Positions 50,571-63,893 of a stretch of DNA of 64,000 bases are shown in pieces. The stretch spans positions 628,523 to 692,522 of the forward strand of contig MU058815.1 of assembly GCA_013265495.1 (NCBI GenBank), in the 5' to 3' direction. The DNA is from Vicugna vicugna. Its lineage: Eukaryota. The first letter of the stretch is position 1. Each line of letters starts with the position of its first letter. The position numbers and the translations under genes are program-made. Below the pieces are notes generated by a model that saw nothing but the letters and a program-made list of their open reading frames with translations, did not search any database and was not told the DNA's origin.

Positions 50571-50990
50571 TGATAGCGCAGCAGAGCAGGGCACGGTGGG
50601 GACTTCCTAGGACAGGCCCTCCCCCCATGCCCTCCACCTGCCTTTAGTCTGTAGCAAAACTTTAGCCAAAGGATAAATTCAATCAGATAAATGAAAAAAA
50701 ATGCAGAAGCACGGAAAATAATCAAACACCACGAAATAATAATTGTTTAGTCATACAAAGTCAAGGGCATTCAGTTCCTCCTCAAGGGTGATGGAGGATA
50801 TTCTGAGCCATATCCTTTGATCTGCGTTGTGTTTTCGTGAATCCGCACCAGGGGGAAGAAGTTAAATACATGACGGCCAGGCTGTGGCCGTGACATGAGC
50901 TGCTCCCCCTTACACAATTCTGAGAACTGGCCTCAAAGAAAAGGGCAGTGGGAAGTGGGAAGTGTGTAAACTTTGGAACAGACAGACTTA
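50571..50990 (+). mobile_element. ERV LTR, U3 portion (3'-truncated)
   Basis: tgatag start, aaactttagccaaa, gttcctcctcaaggg...atattctgagccatatccttt, gagaactggcctcaa. Confidence 0.55.
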
Positions 50991-51999
50991 AATTAATTGT
51001 CTATGGGCAGGGTCCAGGTGAGGAAACCTGGCTGAGATTTTGGAATCAGTTTTGCTTTCATAACAGAGATACTCATATCTCCTTTTTAGAGCTGTGGTGG
51101 AGATGAAATAAATACATTTTGTAAAATAACTTATATAATGCATGCCCTTTACATCATACTGTCCTTTCTGACACGTGTCTTCTTTAAGGCTCAGTGATCC
51201 CAGTTGCAATGGACACAACCCATCACGGAAAAATAGTTAATGGAAATGTACCCTGAGAGCCATCTATATCTTGTCTTACATGTTGTTTGTTACAAATGGA
51301 AATTGTGTACCCTTCTTTAAAGTTACAAAAATAAATCACTTGCAATTTCAAAGCATTAAGTATCACGACTAAAAATAAATCAAATAACTAGAACAGAAGA
51401 GATTCATCTTCTATTAAGTACAGGTTTTCTTCATGTAGGTTTTGTACAGTACGTTGAACATCCATCATGCTTTTTGATTTTTTTGTTTCTGATCTTGTTA
51501 TGCAAATGAGGTCATTTCTTCCATGTATCTTCTCAATGGTTGTTGATTACAGACGTATCTTTTTATAGTGCAGTTCTGTCTAGAATAGAATTCTGCAAAA
51601 CAGGCAAAAGTGAAACAATTACAGATGCAAATTTTCTTCTGCATCTCAGCCTCAGCAAATGTGGGCCATAACTTCTTATCAGAAGTGCATTAAGGGCGTA
51701 TATGTCTAGGATATAATTATACCGCAGCTCTTTTGATGATTGTCAAACTATTGCTCTCTCTTCATCTTATATTTTATCTTCTTAATTTTTTTATGGATTT
51801 AATCATAAATCCATGGTTCTCAAAAAGAGAAATTAATGCTGTCAGTGTTGGGGCTGCATAGTAACTATGTAATAAATTTTTCCTAGGAACCACAGAGTTC
51901 TAAAGTGAGAAATGGAAAGGCAGCAACTCTTCTAAATATGAGTTGCTAGTGGGAGAGGCCAGATCAAAACCATAATGTCCACTGTGTGTGTAGGGGGGC

Positions 52000-53120
52000 T
52001 GTTTTTAACAGCTTTATTGAGATAGAACTCACACACCATAAAACTCACCCATTTATTCATTGTTTTTCTATTACAGTAACAGAGGGTGCCAACATCATGC
52101 TTGTCTAGTTTGAAAACATTCTCATCACTCTCCCAAGGAAACTCACCCTCAGCTCCTCCGTATCTGCTCTTCCCTGCCCCAGTCTGTCTTTATTACTAAC
52201 TGATCAGTAACTGCGAATCTACTTTCTGTCTCTAGACATTTGCCTCGTCTGGAAGTTTAATATAAATGGAATCATACATACTCTTTTCTGACTGCATCCT
52301 TTTACTTAGCACAAGGTTTTCAAAAGATCACGCGTGTTGTGGAATATGTCAATACTTTCCCATTATGGTGATCATGTCATTGTATGATCTATCATATGTA
52401 TATATCCAGTCACCAGTTGACAGCCATCTGGTTGCACTTTTGGGTTCTAGTGAATAATGCTGATGGGAACATTCATATGCCAGTTCTTCTGTGGACATAC
52501 GTTCTAACTTTTCTTGGGTATGTATTTGTGAGTGTAATTGCTGGATCATGTGGTAACTCAGTGCTTCACATTTTGAGGAACTGCCAAACTGTTTCCTAAA
52601 GCAGACGCACCATTTTATATTCTCATCAGCAGTAAATGAGGGCTCCAGCTTCTTCCCATCCTCACCAAAACCTGCTTTTGTTTGTCTTCTTTATTGTAGC
52701 CACCCTAATGGGTGAACAGTGGTGCCTCATTATGGTTCTAATATGCATTTCCCTAGTGACTCATGCTTTTGAGCGTTTCTTTGTGTTTGCTGCCATTTTA
52801 ATGTTTTCTTTGGGAAAAATCTCTGAGTTAAAAAACTCAGTCCATTTGAAAACTGGGTTATTTATCTTATGTCTCAGTGATAGGACCTCTGTATCTTCTG
52901 GACATGTCTCTCATCAGATGCATGCTTTGTGAATATCTTCTGCTGTTTGTGGCTGGTCTCTTTACTTTTCTGATAGTACTAATCATTTGATAGATAGCAG
53001 CGCAAAGACTTTTAATTTTGATGAAGTCCAATTTATCTTTTTTCACTTCTTTTAATTTGGCGTCCTGCGATGTCATTGCCTAACCCAGTCATAAAGATAC
53101 ACTTCCATGTTCTCTTCCAA
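52000..53120 (-). mobile_element. L1M (L1MB-like) ORF2-end/3'UTR fragment
   Basis: cagctttattgagata, ataaatggaatcatac, ttttgaggaactgccaaactgtttcc, ttttaattttgatgaagtccaatttatc. Confidence 0.85.
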
Positions 53121-53573
53121 GATAAAAACTCATTTTGAAAAGGAAATAAGATATTCTTTTACATACAAATACTAAAACAAGCAGCATTTTAAACCTGAAT
53201 TTTTCTGAAGTGGGAAATTGAAGATTACTGTTATTGGTTTAACATTTATGGAGCAGAGTCAAGTGCTCCATATTTAACTTCTTTAAAAAGGTCCAAACGT
53301 TCCGATAAACTTAAAATGTGAGGTTATTCTTCCTGATAAAGGAGACTGCTGAATTACTGACATAAAAAGGACAACAGAAATCATGTATTATGTATTAATT
53401 TACTCTACTTTGGAAAAATCATTATGAGGAAGTCAAATTTGTGAAGCTCTCCACAAACATCACTCAAATCTCTTTAAACCTGTGTAAAGCAAATGTATCT
53501 CATTTCTGTTACTCTTTTGACTTGAGTGCTAAGGAAAGGAGACTAAACATCACATGTGGAAATAAAAGGGAGT

Positions 53574-53677
53574 GGGTTGGGGGTGTAGCTCAGTGGTAGA
53601 GTGTGTGCTTGGCACGCACAAGGTCCTGGGTTCAATCCCCAGCACCTCCATTAAGGGATAAATTATATATATATATA
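53574..53677 (+). mobile_element. tRNA-derived SINE (camelid Vic-1-like)
   Basis: Pol III A box TAGCTCAGTGG, B box GGTTCAATCC, ends cacctccatt + AT-rich tail. Confidence 0.85.
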
Positions 53678-55419
53678 CTGAGTCTATGTTCTAGAAATCA
53701 GGAGTGTCCGCCCTACACTGGTCAATGCGTGCTGACCACAAGAATGCTTTAGTTCTCAGAACTGATCGATTTTGACTCACTAAATAAAAAAGAACCAGTT
53801 GAATGAACACGAATTAGACTCCCAGCATTGAGCGACCTTGGAGGTAGGTCTGCCATCGAGAGGTGGCCCCCCCAGGAGGAGGGAACCCGCCTGAGCCCCA
53901 GGAGGGGCAGGGAGAGCCCCCTTCGGTGGCAGGAGCAGAGGCAGGGGTGAGGAGAGAGGTGGGAGAGCAGACGGCTGGGGGCACGGGCCCGCTGACTCTG
54001 CCTTGAATGTTATGAGGAGAAATCTGAAGGCTGTGTTCCCTGGCTCGCCATTTGTTGAGTGTCCCGAAACTCTCCTGGTTAGAATAATGTGCTCTGACCC
54101 AACTTGGCAGTTTTCCAAGACAGCGGAGGCAACTTCACATCAGTGGCTGAAGTGCCCACCGAAGGGAAACCCAGAGTGTGAGAACCAGGAGCGCCAGCAG
54201 GTGGCGCCCCTACGTCCTTCGCTGAGAGCTGGGTGCTCCGCGTAGTGTCCTCACTGCGCTCCAAGAGCGTGTCCTTCATCCAGGCGCTCAGGCAAGGCAG
54301 GATTGGGACAGACGTTCTTCTAAGACGCCCCCACCCCCCAGTTCCTCCAGCTAACACAGAGGCCCACCTGCACGAAATCAAGTCACTGTCACGCTGAGAC
54401 CTCGGTGTCACTGATTATGAATATGCTCAGTGTAGACTTCTGTACTGAAACAGTGAAGATATGAACTCGAAACACTTTGGAAGTAAATGTAGTAAAACAT
54501 TAGCCTCGTTTATGGGAGTTGGGTTTTCAAAGGACATACATTTCCTTTTAAATCCTTTTTATATTTTCCAAATATTTTGTGATAAGCATGAATGACAGAA
54601 TTAGAAAATTATATTCGTTTAATAGTTTAAAAATTATTATAGTTCAACAATGATATATTTAGTATATAATTACTGCAGTTAGAAATATAATTAGTACAGT
54701 TAGAAAGGGTTACTTTTTTAAATAAATAGAGGAGGAAATTCTGTTATTTCAAATTTCCCGACCTTCCAGCACCTCATAACCTATGTGAATAAACTCTCAT
54801 CCAGGGCGTTTCGCTGCTAGTGTTCTCAGACTGCACTGTCCAATATGTCATCATTAGTAAACTGCAACACTGGAGCGTGACCCCCGATCCCATTTGATAG
54901 GTTTTCCCGAGGCAATATTTGTATCCGGACCCAAATCTGTTTCACTCGTCTGTGAGAACAGGCTGAATACACCTGCTGCTGGTGATGAGGATTTATTATC
55001 GTCCAGCAACATGCAGGCATTACTGAGTCAGGAATAACTGAAAGTCAGGTGATGCTGGTGTCGTGTGAAGAATATAGAGGTGTAAGGAAATGATTCTGTA
55101 TTGATTGCATCTTGGGGAGACGTAGCCCGCTTCACTATTTCAAATCTCATTCATGTTTGCTGTTGCTGAAACAAGTCTCCAGCTCATTAGTGCCCTCCAG
55201 CTTGCGAGATTTGTTCTACCCAGGGAACCATCCGAGCATCTCACAGTTTGGACTCCTACCTGCCGCAGTTTTAAGTAATGAACACACAAATGGTTTTATC
55301 TTTCCATTTGCTAAAGATTTTATGGTCTGTCTTAGAGTAAATATAAAGGCATAATTTTTTTATGCTTCATAGCTTAAAAAAATGTTCGTATAGACAACAA
55401 AATATGTTATTATTGATCC

Positions 55420-55572
55420 AAATTTTTGTATTGAGTTATAGTCAGTTTACAATGTTATGTCAGTTTCTGATGCACAGCAGTTCTTCAGTCATACATGAAT
55501 ATGCATATATTCATTTTCATATTCTTTTTCACCACAAGCTACTGCAAGATACTGAATATATTTCCCTGTACT
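55420..55572 (-). mobile_element. Short L1 3' tail
   Basis: ttgagttatagtcagtttacaatgtt...tcagtcatacatgaa; reverse complement of 5220-5340. Confidence 0.85.
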
Positions 55573-56559
55573 ATTGTTATTTATGTTATTTATTTGCTTT
55601 TAAACTACCAATCTTTTACTAATCAGTGTATAGGATATATAAAATAGATAAATGATTTGAACTTTTATTATCTTCTCTAGCACTTTAACAGAGATAATTG
55701 GAATTGTGAGCAGCTCATATTATACTCTTAATATCCTGTTTCTTCTCACTTTATCTCATTTCCCATTATTTAGCTCATCTAGAGAATTTTCTATGCCATT
55801 TTCAAAATGCATTAATAAATAACCACTAATCATGTTTTCCATCAACTAGGATTCTCCATTAATTGGGACTTCTGAACGGCACAGTGTCAACCGAGGTACT
55901 AAAGAAAGCATTCAATAAATATTCATTGTATGAATCAATAGGTTGATTAATTATTCGGAAGCACTAGAATGCCATTTGAGCAATCAACTTCTCAAAATGA
56001 TTTTCTTTTGAAAAATTATTAATTAAAAAACATTTTCTTTATATTTCAGTGTGTATTTTGTGGAATCTAACTTTCAGGTAGCACTTTACATATGAGCAAA
56101 ATGTATTTTACTAAATATTTAATTTTTCCAAGCTGTTATTTACCATGCGTTGAACCTGCTCACTCCAGTAAAATCATACAAGAAACATTCAATCAATTTG
56201 GGAGTCATTTTTACCTCGTAAAATTTCTGTATATTCCATGTCCAAAATGAAAACAACCATGATTTCTATTTTTTATAAAAAGTCTAAAAAAAAAATAGTA
56301 ATAATTTACTTATAGAACCAGACTCTCAGGCTGGACAGATGACAAGGAGCACATTATGGATGTGGCTTTTGAAACCGTGTCTAGGAAGAGACAGTTACGG
56401 TGCTCTCAAACCCCTCCTCCCTGTGCCCAGGACAGAAGGACTGCAGTTGGAGAGAAATATGGGAAGTCCAGGAAATAGAGCAGAAGAGAAGTTAGTCCCC
56501 TTCAAGTCTCCATCTCTAACTAAAGAATAACAAAAAATAAGAATAACCTCAGAATTACA

Positions 56560-56780
56560 CCAAGGACCTACTGCAGAGCACAGGGAACTGTATTCAGTTT
56601 CCTGTAATCACATATAATGGGAAAGAATCTGAAAAAGAAAAAATATGTATGTATGTATATATATATGTACATGTGTAACTGAATCACTTTGCTGTACACC
56701 TGAAACTAGTATTGTAAATCAATTACACTTCAAGAAAAAATTAAAAAACAAAACCAAAAAACACACAAACAAAAAAATAA
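56560..56780 (+). mobile_element. Short L1 3' tail with A-rich end
   Basis: gcacagggaactgtattca...taactgaatcactttgctgtacacctgaaact. Confidence 0.85.
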
Positions 56781-57604
56781 CCTTAGAAGTATTTGAGAAG
56801 AATCAGAGGGAATTTCTTTAGCATGTTTTGGTTTTTTTTTTTTAAAGAATTAGTAGCTGCAAATCATTGGGAAAATGTGGAAACGATACTGTAATCAAAA
56901 GATGGGCTCCATGTTTTGATGTAAAAATTAGCCTTTCTTGAAAATAATTAAGGGAGAACTGTCTGTTCCTGGCTGAGAGTGGAATGCAGTCGGTCGTGGC
57001 AGACCAGTGGCCCCAAGACTAACAACCAGGAAAAGTAGAGCAAATTATGTATTATGTGTTGAAAAAATTACGTGTTTAAAGGCATCAGAGATATACGGAA
57101 GCAACAGCGTTGAATGAACTCAAGTTTCAGAGGGCAAAAGTTTCCAGCAGGGAACTGACGGTAGTCAGGTGTTTCCCCTGTTGTCAGAGTTTGGCTAAGC
57201 AAAGGGTTGGGCTGTTGCTGGAGAAAAGAAAGACTCACAAACATTTTAGCAGTCACAGGGCGCTGGAGACTCTGGGGACTTCAAACATATGGACACTTTT
57301 TGCTAGAAGACATTTGCTGATTGCTACATGAAAGGTTAAAGGCATATTCCAAAAAGTTCCCAAAGGCAGAGTAAAATCACCACTAGTCTCAGGATTCTTA
57401 AGGGAAGCAAAAACAGGAGGAAAAACATTTCTCCACGTCCTCCGTTGTGGTGAAGGTGAAAAGACCCCGAAAAGAAAGCAGACCTGAGAAGGAAGCCCTA
57501 GAGTGGTGAAGCGGCACTGCGGAGCGCAGCTGTGCGTTACTGGGACATAGTCTGCGCCTTTGTCAGAAGGCATCTGCCGAGAAACAGAACTTGGGAGACG
57601 TTTT

Positions 57605-58085
57605 GACACTTAGCAAAACGTATTTCGGATTCATCCGTGTTATTATGTGAATCAGCAACCCACTGTTTCCCATTTCTGAGCAGTATTCCATCGTGCAGGT
57701 GTGCCGCAGGTGGGTTAGTCTCTCCTCCTGGTTAGTCTGCTCAAGGATATCCTGATTGATCATGACTTTAGGCAACTATGTACGGCAGTTAGAAACATTC
57801 ACGTAAGAGCCGTTATTGTGTGAATCTAATTTTTCAGTTAACTTGAGTAAGTGCCTAGGAGTGAGACTACTGGGTTGTGAGGTAAGCATATGTTTAATTT
57901 TATAAGAAACTCTCTTCCGAAGTGGCTGAGCCATTTTGTATTCACGCGAGCAATGAATGAGAATGCCTGTTCTGCATACGCACCAGTATTTAGCGTTGCC
58001 ATTTTACTGTTTTAATTTTAGTAGCTCTAACGCTGGCATCTCATTGTGATTTTAATTTGCATTTCCCTGAAGACCAATGATGTCG
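57605..58085 (-). mobile_element. L1M 3' fragment
   Basis: gattcatccgtgtt, gtgcctaggagtgaga, attgtgattttaatttgcatttccctga. Confidence 0.7.
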
Positions 58086-61031
58086 CGCGCTCTGCTGTAT
58101 CCCACTGATGTTTTTATTCCAGGCTGGTTAGCGCGGTGCTGGGGATGGAGGCTGGACGATCATTAAATTCTCTGATTGCTTAATTAAAGCTCAGTTTTAA
58201 ACAGTCATTCTGCATCTGGGTCTTGGCGGTGTGGACCTCACTAGTGTTCTTTCCCTCCTCCAGCTTCAGAGAATTTCCATCAGCCTCCTCAGCCGATGGC
58301 TTGGCCACTCCTCCCTCTGCAGGCTGAGGCTTTTATTCACTCGGAAGATGGGGAAGATGGATCTGGGTAATTTCCAATGGTGGCCGCCATTGCCTTCCCC
58401 TGGCTCCCCAAACAGCAGGTTTAACTGATCCTCCTCCTTTAAATTAAGACTTTTGTTCTTCAGGATAAATACGGGGGGTGGGGGGGTCTGGCTGGAGTTC
58501 TGACAGTGGGCTGCCATTCCCTCTGGCCGCCAGCACCTGTCTCGGCACCCTCCCCCTCTTCCCTGTGGTTGTCTGGTGGGGTTTCTAGAGGCACAGACTG
58601 CCAGAGGCTGCCATCCCGCCCTCATATCAGTGACCCCCAGGGGCTTCGCACTCTCCCTGCTTCAACCATTTGTTAAAGATGTCATGTTTGATATTTCTAC
58701 CTGTTAAGATGGTGTTTGGCGACTTGTGTCTCAGGGAAGCAAGTGTTCTGGCACTGCCCTCCCTGCAGTGTCTGTCCATCAGCTGTGACCTCAGTTCTCT
58801 CATGAAAGTTAGTTGGCTTCTAGTTTTACAGCCTTTTTTTTTTTCTCATTTTCAGGATGGGGACAGTCCTCTTTCTAGCTCTTTCATCCCCAATCTAAAA
58901 TTGGAGGTCCAGCTGTTGGCTGATAGACTAAGCTGACATCTTTAAAGGGCAAAAACGAGTCTCTTTTAAACCCATCCTTTGTGTTGTATTTTAGGGCATG
59001 TACAGTTTAATCCTAGAGTTTCCACTTTAGGGCAACAGCGTTTGGAAGAGCTAACAGTCTTTCAGCTGGAAGCTGTTGAGGGCCCTGCCTTAGGAAGAGG
59101 GATAAAGGAGGGAGACACTAAATCCTGCCCAAGCTGAAATTTACTACTTGGATGGAAGTAACCAGCCACTCATAGTTTCCGCCTGATAGAAGAAATGAGT
59201 ATGTAACAGAAGGCACCGTCTAGGTATTCAAAGGTCCTTTCATCCAAAATGTGTGACATGCAACTAAAGATTACAAGACATGCAAAAAAGGTGTGGCTAA
59301 AATCCACAAGAAAAAAGGACAGATGGTAGGAAAAATCCAATAGATGACCCAGAAAATAACCTTAGTGGACAGGACCTCTAAATAATTATGATTAATATGC
59401 TGAAGAAAATAGAGGAAAAGACATAAAAATGAATGGATGGAGGATTTTATCAAAGAATGAGACATTATATAGATGTAAAACCTGTAGCTTATGATTGAAA
59501 AATGTAATACCTAAAATTAAGAACAAAATGGATAGTTTTAAGAGCAGATTGGATAGAACAGGATTACTGAACTGTTCAATAGAAAATGCCCCAAAGTATG
59601 GCATTTCTTGAAATGAATCCAGGAGACTCTTTAAAATTTTATTAAGCCAGATGATAATTATTTCTCAAAAAGTCTGGAATGCCTATCATGAAAATGTGAT
59701 GATAATTACATCTAAAACTTTTGTCCTTTGCCTAGTAGCTATTATGTTTGAAGTAATCAGCAAAACCCATGCTGAGAGGGACGAATAGGTTACATGTAAA
59801 AATATAACTGAGGAATCATTTAGCTTGGAAATCTTAAAAACAGCAATACTACAATACAAAAAATTACACTTGGTAGAAATAATCAGCACAAAATAACATT
59901 GACAACAGGTAGAATTTTATATGGTAAGATTTTAATTTGGTAAAATATTAATAAGTAATTTAAAAACTTTGACAGTGTTTAAAATCTTGCATAATTGCAT
60001 TTAGTTAACAACTGTGCATAAAACAAGATGCCCATTGACATCAGATAGTCTTTGTAAATTCTGATCACTAAATCAAAATTTTTTTGTATTAATTCACTAA
60101 GGAATTGGAACCAGTGAAAATACTTTTAACATAATTTTAAAAATGTAGAAATTAGAAGATTTTTATACAATAAACTATTGGCATGGTTGTTCAATCTGCG
60201 TGTACATATTCAGTATATAACATATGCTAAATAAATAGGCTGAAGTAGAGAGGTAGGTTTTTATTTCAGAGGGGTTTTTTTGGGCATGTGTTTTTTAAAA
60301 AATTCCCAAGAATAAGATAGAATACATGAAAGAATATGGGAGGTGGGAAATGAGAGTCTCACGCGCCATAGGAAGAGCGTTCTCTGGTGAGGGAAATGTG
60401 TGGACATGATGGCTGTCTTTCTTGAGTGGCAAGATGGTAACTGTTGCTCGAGCAGCATCATGTAGCAGGGAAAATGTGGCCTTGACGTGTGACTCACCAT
60501 CACTATTCCATCACTATTCCCAAAACTTGTAAGCGGCAGCACGCTCCAAAACAGAATATTATTAGCAGTACATTATAGCTCTGAAATTCTGAATTAGGAT
60601 GACAAAATTTAGGAGGAAGACAAAGGAAAATGAAATCCCAAGACTGGGGTTTTGGTTTGAGCTGCATCCCCTTAGGTAAGCCTCTTAAACACACTGGCTA
60701 TTCTTCATGTGATGAATAAAGGAATTAGAGCAGATTCAGTTTGCCAACTCAGAAAATGTCAAGTTTCAGGCAAGTAAAAATCAATAATTTATAGTTATTT
60801 GACAGCCAGGGCGAATTTTCACAATCATAGGAAAAGTCTGTTTCTAAACCCGTCACGAGGTAGAAACGGTTGCCTGGGGTCAGCCTGGCGCTTGCATAGT
60901 CAAAATGCATTTAGCAGCGTGTGTGTTTGTGAGTGTGTGTGTGTATAACTAATTAAAATATCCTCAGGGACATAGCATTTTATAATAAAATCCTCTTTAG
61001 AATAAATTTAAGTTTTAAAATTCTGTGATTT

Positions 61032-61117
61032 TTCTATTTAATGGAGGTACTGAGGATTGAACCCAGGACCTCACATGTGCTAAACACATTCTACCACTGA
61101 GCTATACCCACACCCCC
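61032..61117 (-). mobile_element. tRNA-derived SINE (camelid Vic-1-like) with 16-bp TSD
   Basis: Reverse complement of gggtatagctcagtggtaga...ggtcctgggttcaatcctcagtacctccatt; TSD TAAAATTCTGTGATTT at 61016-61031 and 61118-61133. Confidence 0.92.
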
Positions 61118-61219
61118 TAAAATTCTGTGATTTCTGTGATGCTACCTCTAATCTGAGCATCGTAATCAAAGAGAATTTTAAGCTGACTCCTCTTGTTTCT
61201 GATTTCACAACACTCAGTC

Positions 61220-61412
61220 TTTTTTTTTTGTTTTTAATTGAAGTACCATCAGTTACAATGTCTGGTGCGCAGCACGATGTCCCGGTCATGCATATACATA
61301 CATATATTTGTTTTCATCTGCTTTTTCATTCAAGGTTATTATAAGATATTAAACATAGTTCCCTGTTCTCTACAGCAGAAACGTTTTTTAAAAATCTATT
61401 TTTATATGTATA
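61220..61412 (-). mobile_element. Short L1 3' tail
   Basis: Poly-T then attgaagta..., ggttattataagatattaaacatagttccctgt; actcagtctttt repeated on both flanks (probable TSD). Confidence 0.8.
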
Positions 61413-62114
61413 CTCAGTCTTTTAAGATTGTATCTCTTCTTTTGAGAAATGCCCATTCAGATCCTTGGCCCATTTTTTAAAAATCAGATTTTTTCAAAAC
61501 ATGTGGTTGCTGGAATTAAATTTTTAAATATCAGTTGAATCAGAGCAAATAATATTCAATCACTTGTGCAGGTAATCTTAATGAACCTTTAACAGTCAGC
61601 ACATGTGCAAATGGACCCATATGGTTTCATTAGTAAAATGAGAATTGTTTGCTTATTGGTTTTTAAGACTGTTTAGAATGGATTCATTTTTTCACTACTC
61701 GGAAGAAAATGGATTCACTCAGCTCACATTCCTCTGTAATCTCATTTCCTTCCTGACTCACCGTCTCACCCAAGTTTATGTCTGTGCGACAGTCAAGAAA
61801 TGAGCCAGTCCCTGTGACAAACTATACTTCCTACAAAATGAACAGTCTTAAGAGAATTCTAGTGTGTAATTCAAATATCACTTCCTTATAGCAGTACTAA
61901 TAAATGGGTAATTGCTATTTCTTTTTTACTTTGTACTTGTAGATAGAAACAAAATACATCAATTGGTTGGGAATATAAATTTGCCTGAAGGAAAAAAAAG
62001 AAAGTTCAATATGAAATAATTCTAAAGCTGTCCACCTCAATATTGTGTATATAATTTCTAAATAGGTGTTTTGAGCTTAAGATTCCCTGAAAATATTTTG
62101 TTGAGCAGTATTAA

Positions 62115-62385
62115 AATCAACTTTATTAAATCATAATTTACACACAATGAAAATCACTCATTGTAAGTACATGTATATGTGAATTTTGACAAATGTGTGC
62201 ACCTGTTAATCACTTTTGCAATCAAGAGATAGAACTCATCCCTCACCACAAAATATTTCTCATTCCTCTTTCCAACCAGCTCCCTCTACCATGGTATAGA
62301 ACTATTCAGTGTATAAATATTCTGTTTGGTTTTTTTTTCCCTTGATATAATGTTTTTGAAATTAACCCAGGTTGTTACATACAAC
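62115..62385 (-). mobile_element. Old L1M 3' end fragment
   Basis: caactttatt..ataatttacacacaat, gaattttgacaaatgt, caatcaagagatagaac. Confidence 0.6.
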
Positions 62386-63756
62386 AGAATCTCTGCTTCT
62401 GAAAAATGAGAAAGTAGACATTAGAATTCAGGGTTACACCAGATCTTAGGAAAGTCTGGTTCTGCATTTACCAGAGATATGACATCTGAGGTGAACAGCC
62501 CGCACTGAAGTCACTAGGAAGACCTTGCAGTTTCGCATCATGTGGATGGTGTTTGGGGAGGTTCTGCTGGGTCCGGGTATTGCTCATTTCCTCTCAACCA
62601 ACTCCTCGGAAAGTTCTCAGTCTCAGACTCTAAACGCCTGTGTCTACAACTCAGCGAATCTGTCTCAGGACTCTGCTTCCTGGCCTCGGCTAGGAGCCCT
62701 CTCGCTTGCCTGTGATTTGCCTCATTTCTCTTGCATCGCCCTGTATCTCACCCTGTACGGGATGTCTCAGGAGGACAGCCTGGCTGGATTTCCATCTGCA
62801 GCTTCCCTTCATGCGCTGCCTCTGCTGTCTCCCGTCTCCCGGAGCTCAGGGGTCAGCAGGTACACCAGCTCCACTCGGGCGGGGCTCCTGGAAATCACCT
62901 CAGCCTCGCCGGTCCCAGGGCCCCAGGGTCAGTTCTGACAGTAGGGGGGCCCCGGACACCTGCTCTTCAAACCTGTTGCAGAAGGGACTTGATGAGGGAA
63001 TTGGCTTAAACTCGTATAAGGCATCGTGTAGTAACTGGCAGTGAAATATGTTACCAGATACCCGTATATTCTTGTCAGGCTAATAGCAGAAAGTGATGGA
63101 CAGGTGTGTGTGCTGGTTTAATTCAGTCTCAGCTCTTCCCAGATGTGGAGCAGGTGCTAGACTGCTTATCAGTGGCCCAGGCCTGGCAGATACATCAGAT
63201 GTCAAAGTGGGTGGGGCCTGTGAGTCCTGAGAGACCCAAATAAACAAAAGAGGGTCGCAGCCAGTGGGAACATATTTTAGAGAGAGGGGATGAGAGTACT
63301 GTCAAGTTCTGGGATGTCCCCAGAAACCAAGAGGAGGGACAGGATACCAGGTCTGAGTCGGGGAACTGAAGTCACTCTGCTGGAATGAACAGGGTTTTTT
63401 TTTTGTTTGTTTGTTTTTTAAAGACAAAAGACCTGAGAAAGTAAGAAGGAAAACAGCCTTGTAGACTCAGAAGAAAAGCAGAGGGGCAGGGTGGTCCAGG
63501 CAGGGAGTGAGGACTGGCGTCTAGAAGATGCAGCTGCAAGGATGAGGTCCTAGATAAATCCCACGATGCTGGAGGTCAGGGTCAGAATCAGGGACGAAGC
63601 CCAGACAACTGCCAAGATGACACACATGGGGCAGAGGGTCTCCTGCAGCCTGGTGCCACTCGGCAGGGTCATGCGCAGGTCAAGTGGGTGCAGGAGACAG
63701 GAGGGGGAAGGGCTGGACCGCGTGACTGATCGGCATTCACAGTCCATCCCTGAATT

Positions 63757-63893
63757 TCTTTTTCATTTTTTTTCAATTGAAGTATAGTCAGTTTACAATG
63801 TTTTGTTAATTTCTGCTGTAGAGAGCAATGTTTCAGTCATACATATACATATGTAGATTCCTTTTCATATTCTTTTTCGTTACAGGTTACTAC
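63757..63893 (-). mobile_element. Short L1 3' tail
   Basis: ttgaagtatagtcagtttacaatgtt...acaggttactaca. Confidence 0.85.

Noticed and set aside
53580..53652. tRNA-Ala-like gene
   Set aside because: Mismatched stems, an AT-rich tail and a second dispersed copy with TSD at 61032-61117 identify it as a SINE, not a tRNA.
54665..54706. 21-bp direct repeat (and a 14-bp repeat at 47205-47232) as a CRISPR-like or regulatory array
   Set aside because: Only two adjacent copies without spacers; ordinary slippage duplications in a eukaryotic genome.
63550..63747. Hydrophobic ORF (CVILAVVWASSLILTLTSSIVGFI) resembling a GPCR/transporter helix
   Set aside because: Single short segment, no DRY or other family motif, no supporting neighbouring exons.
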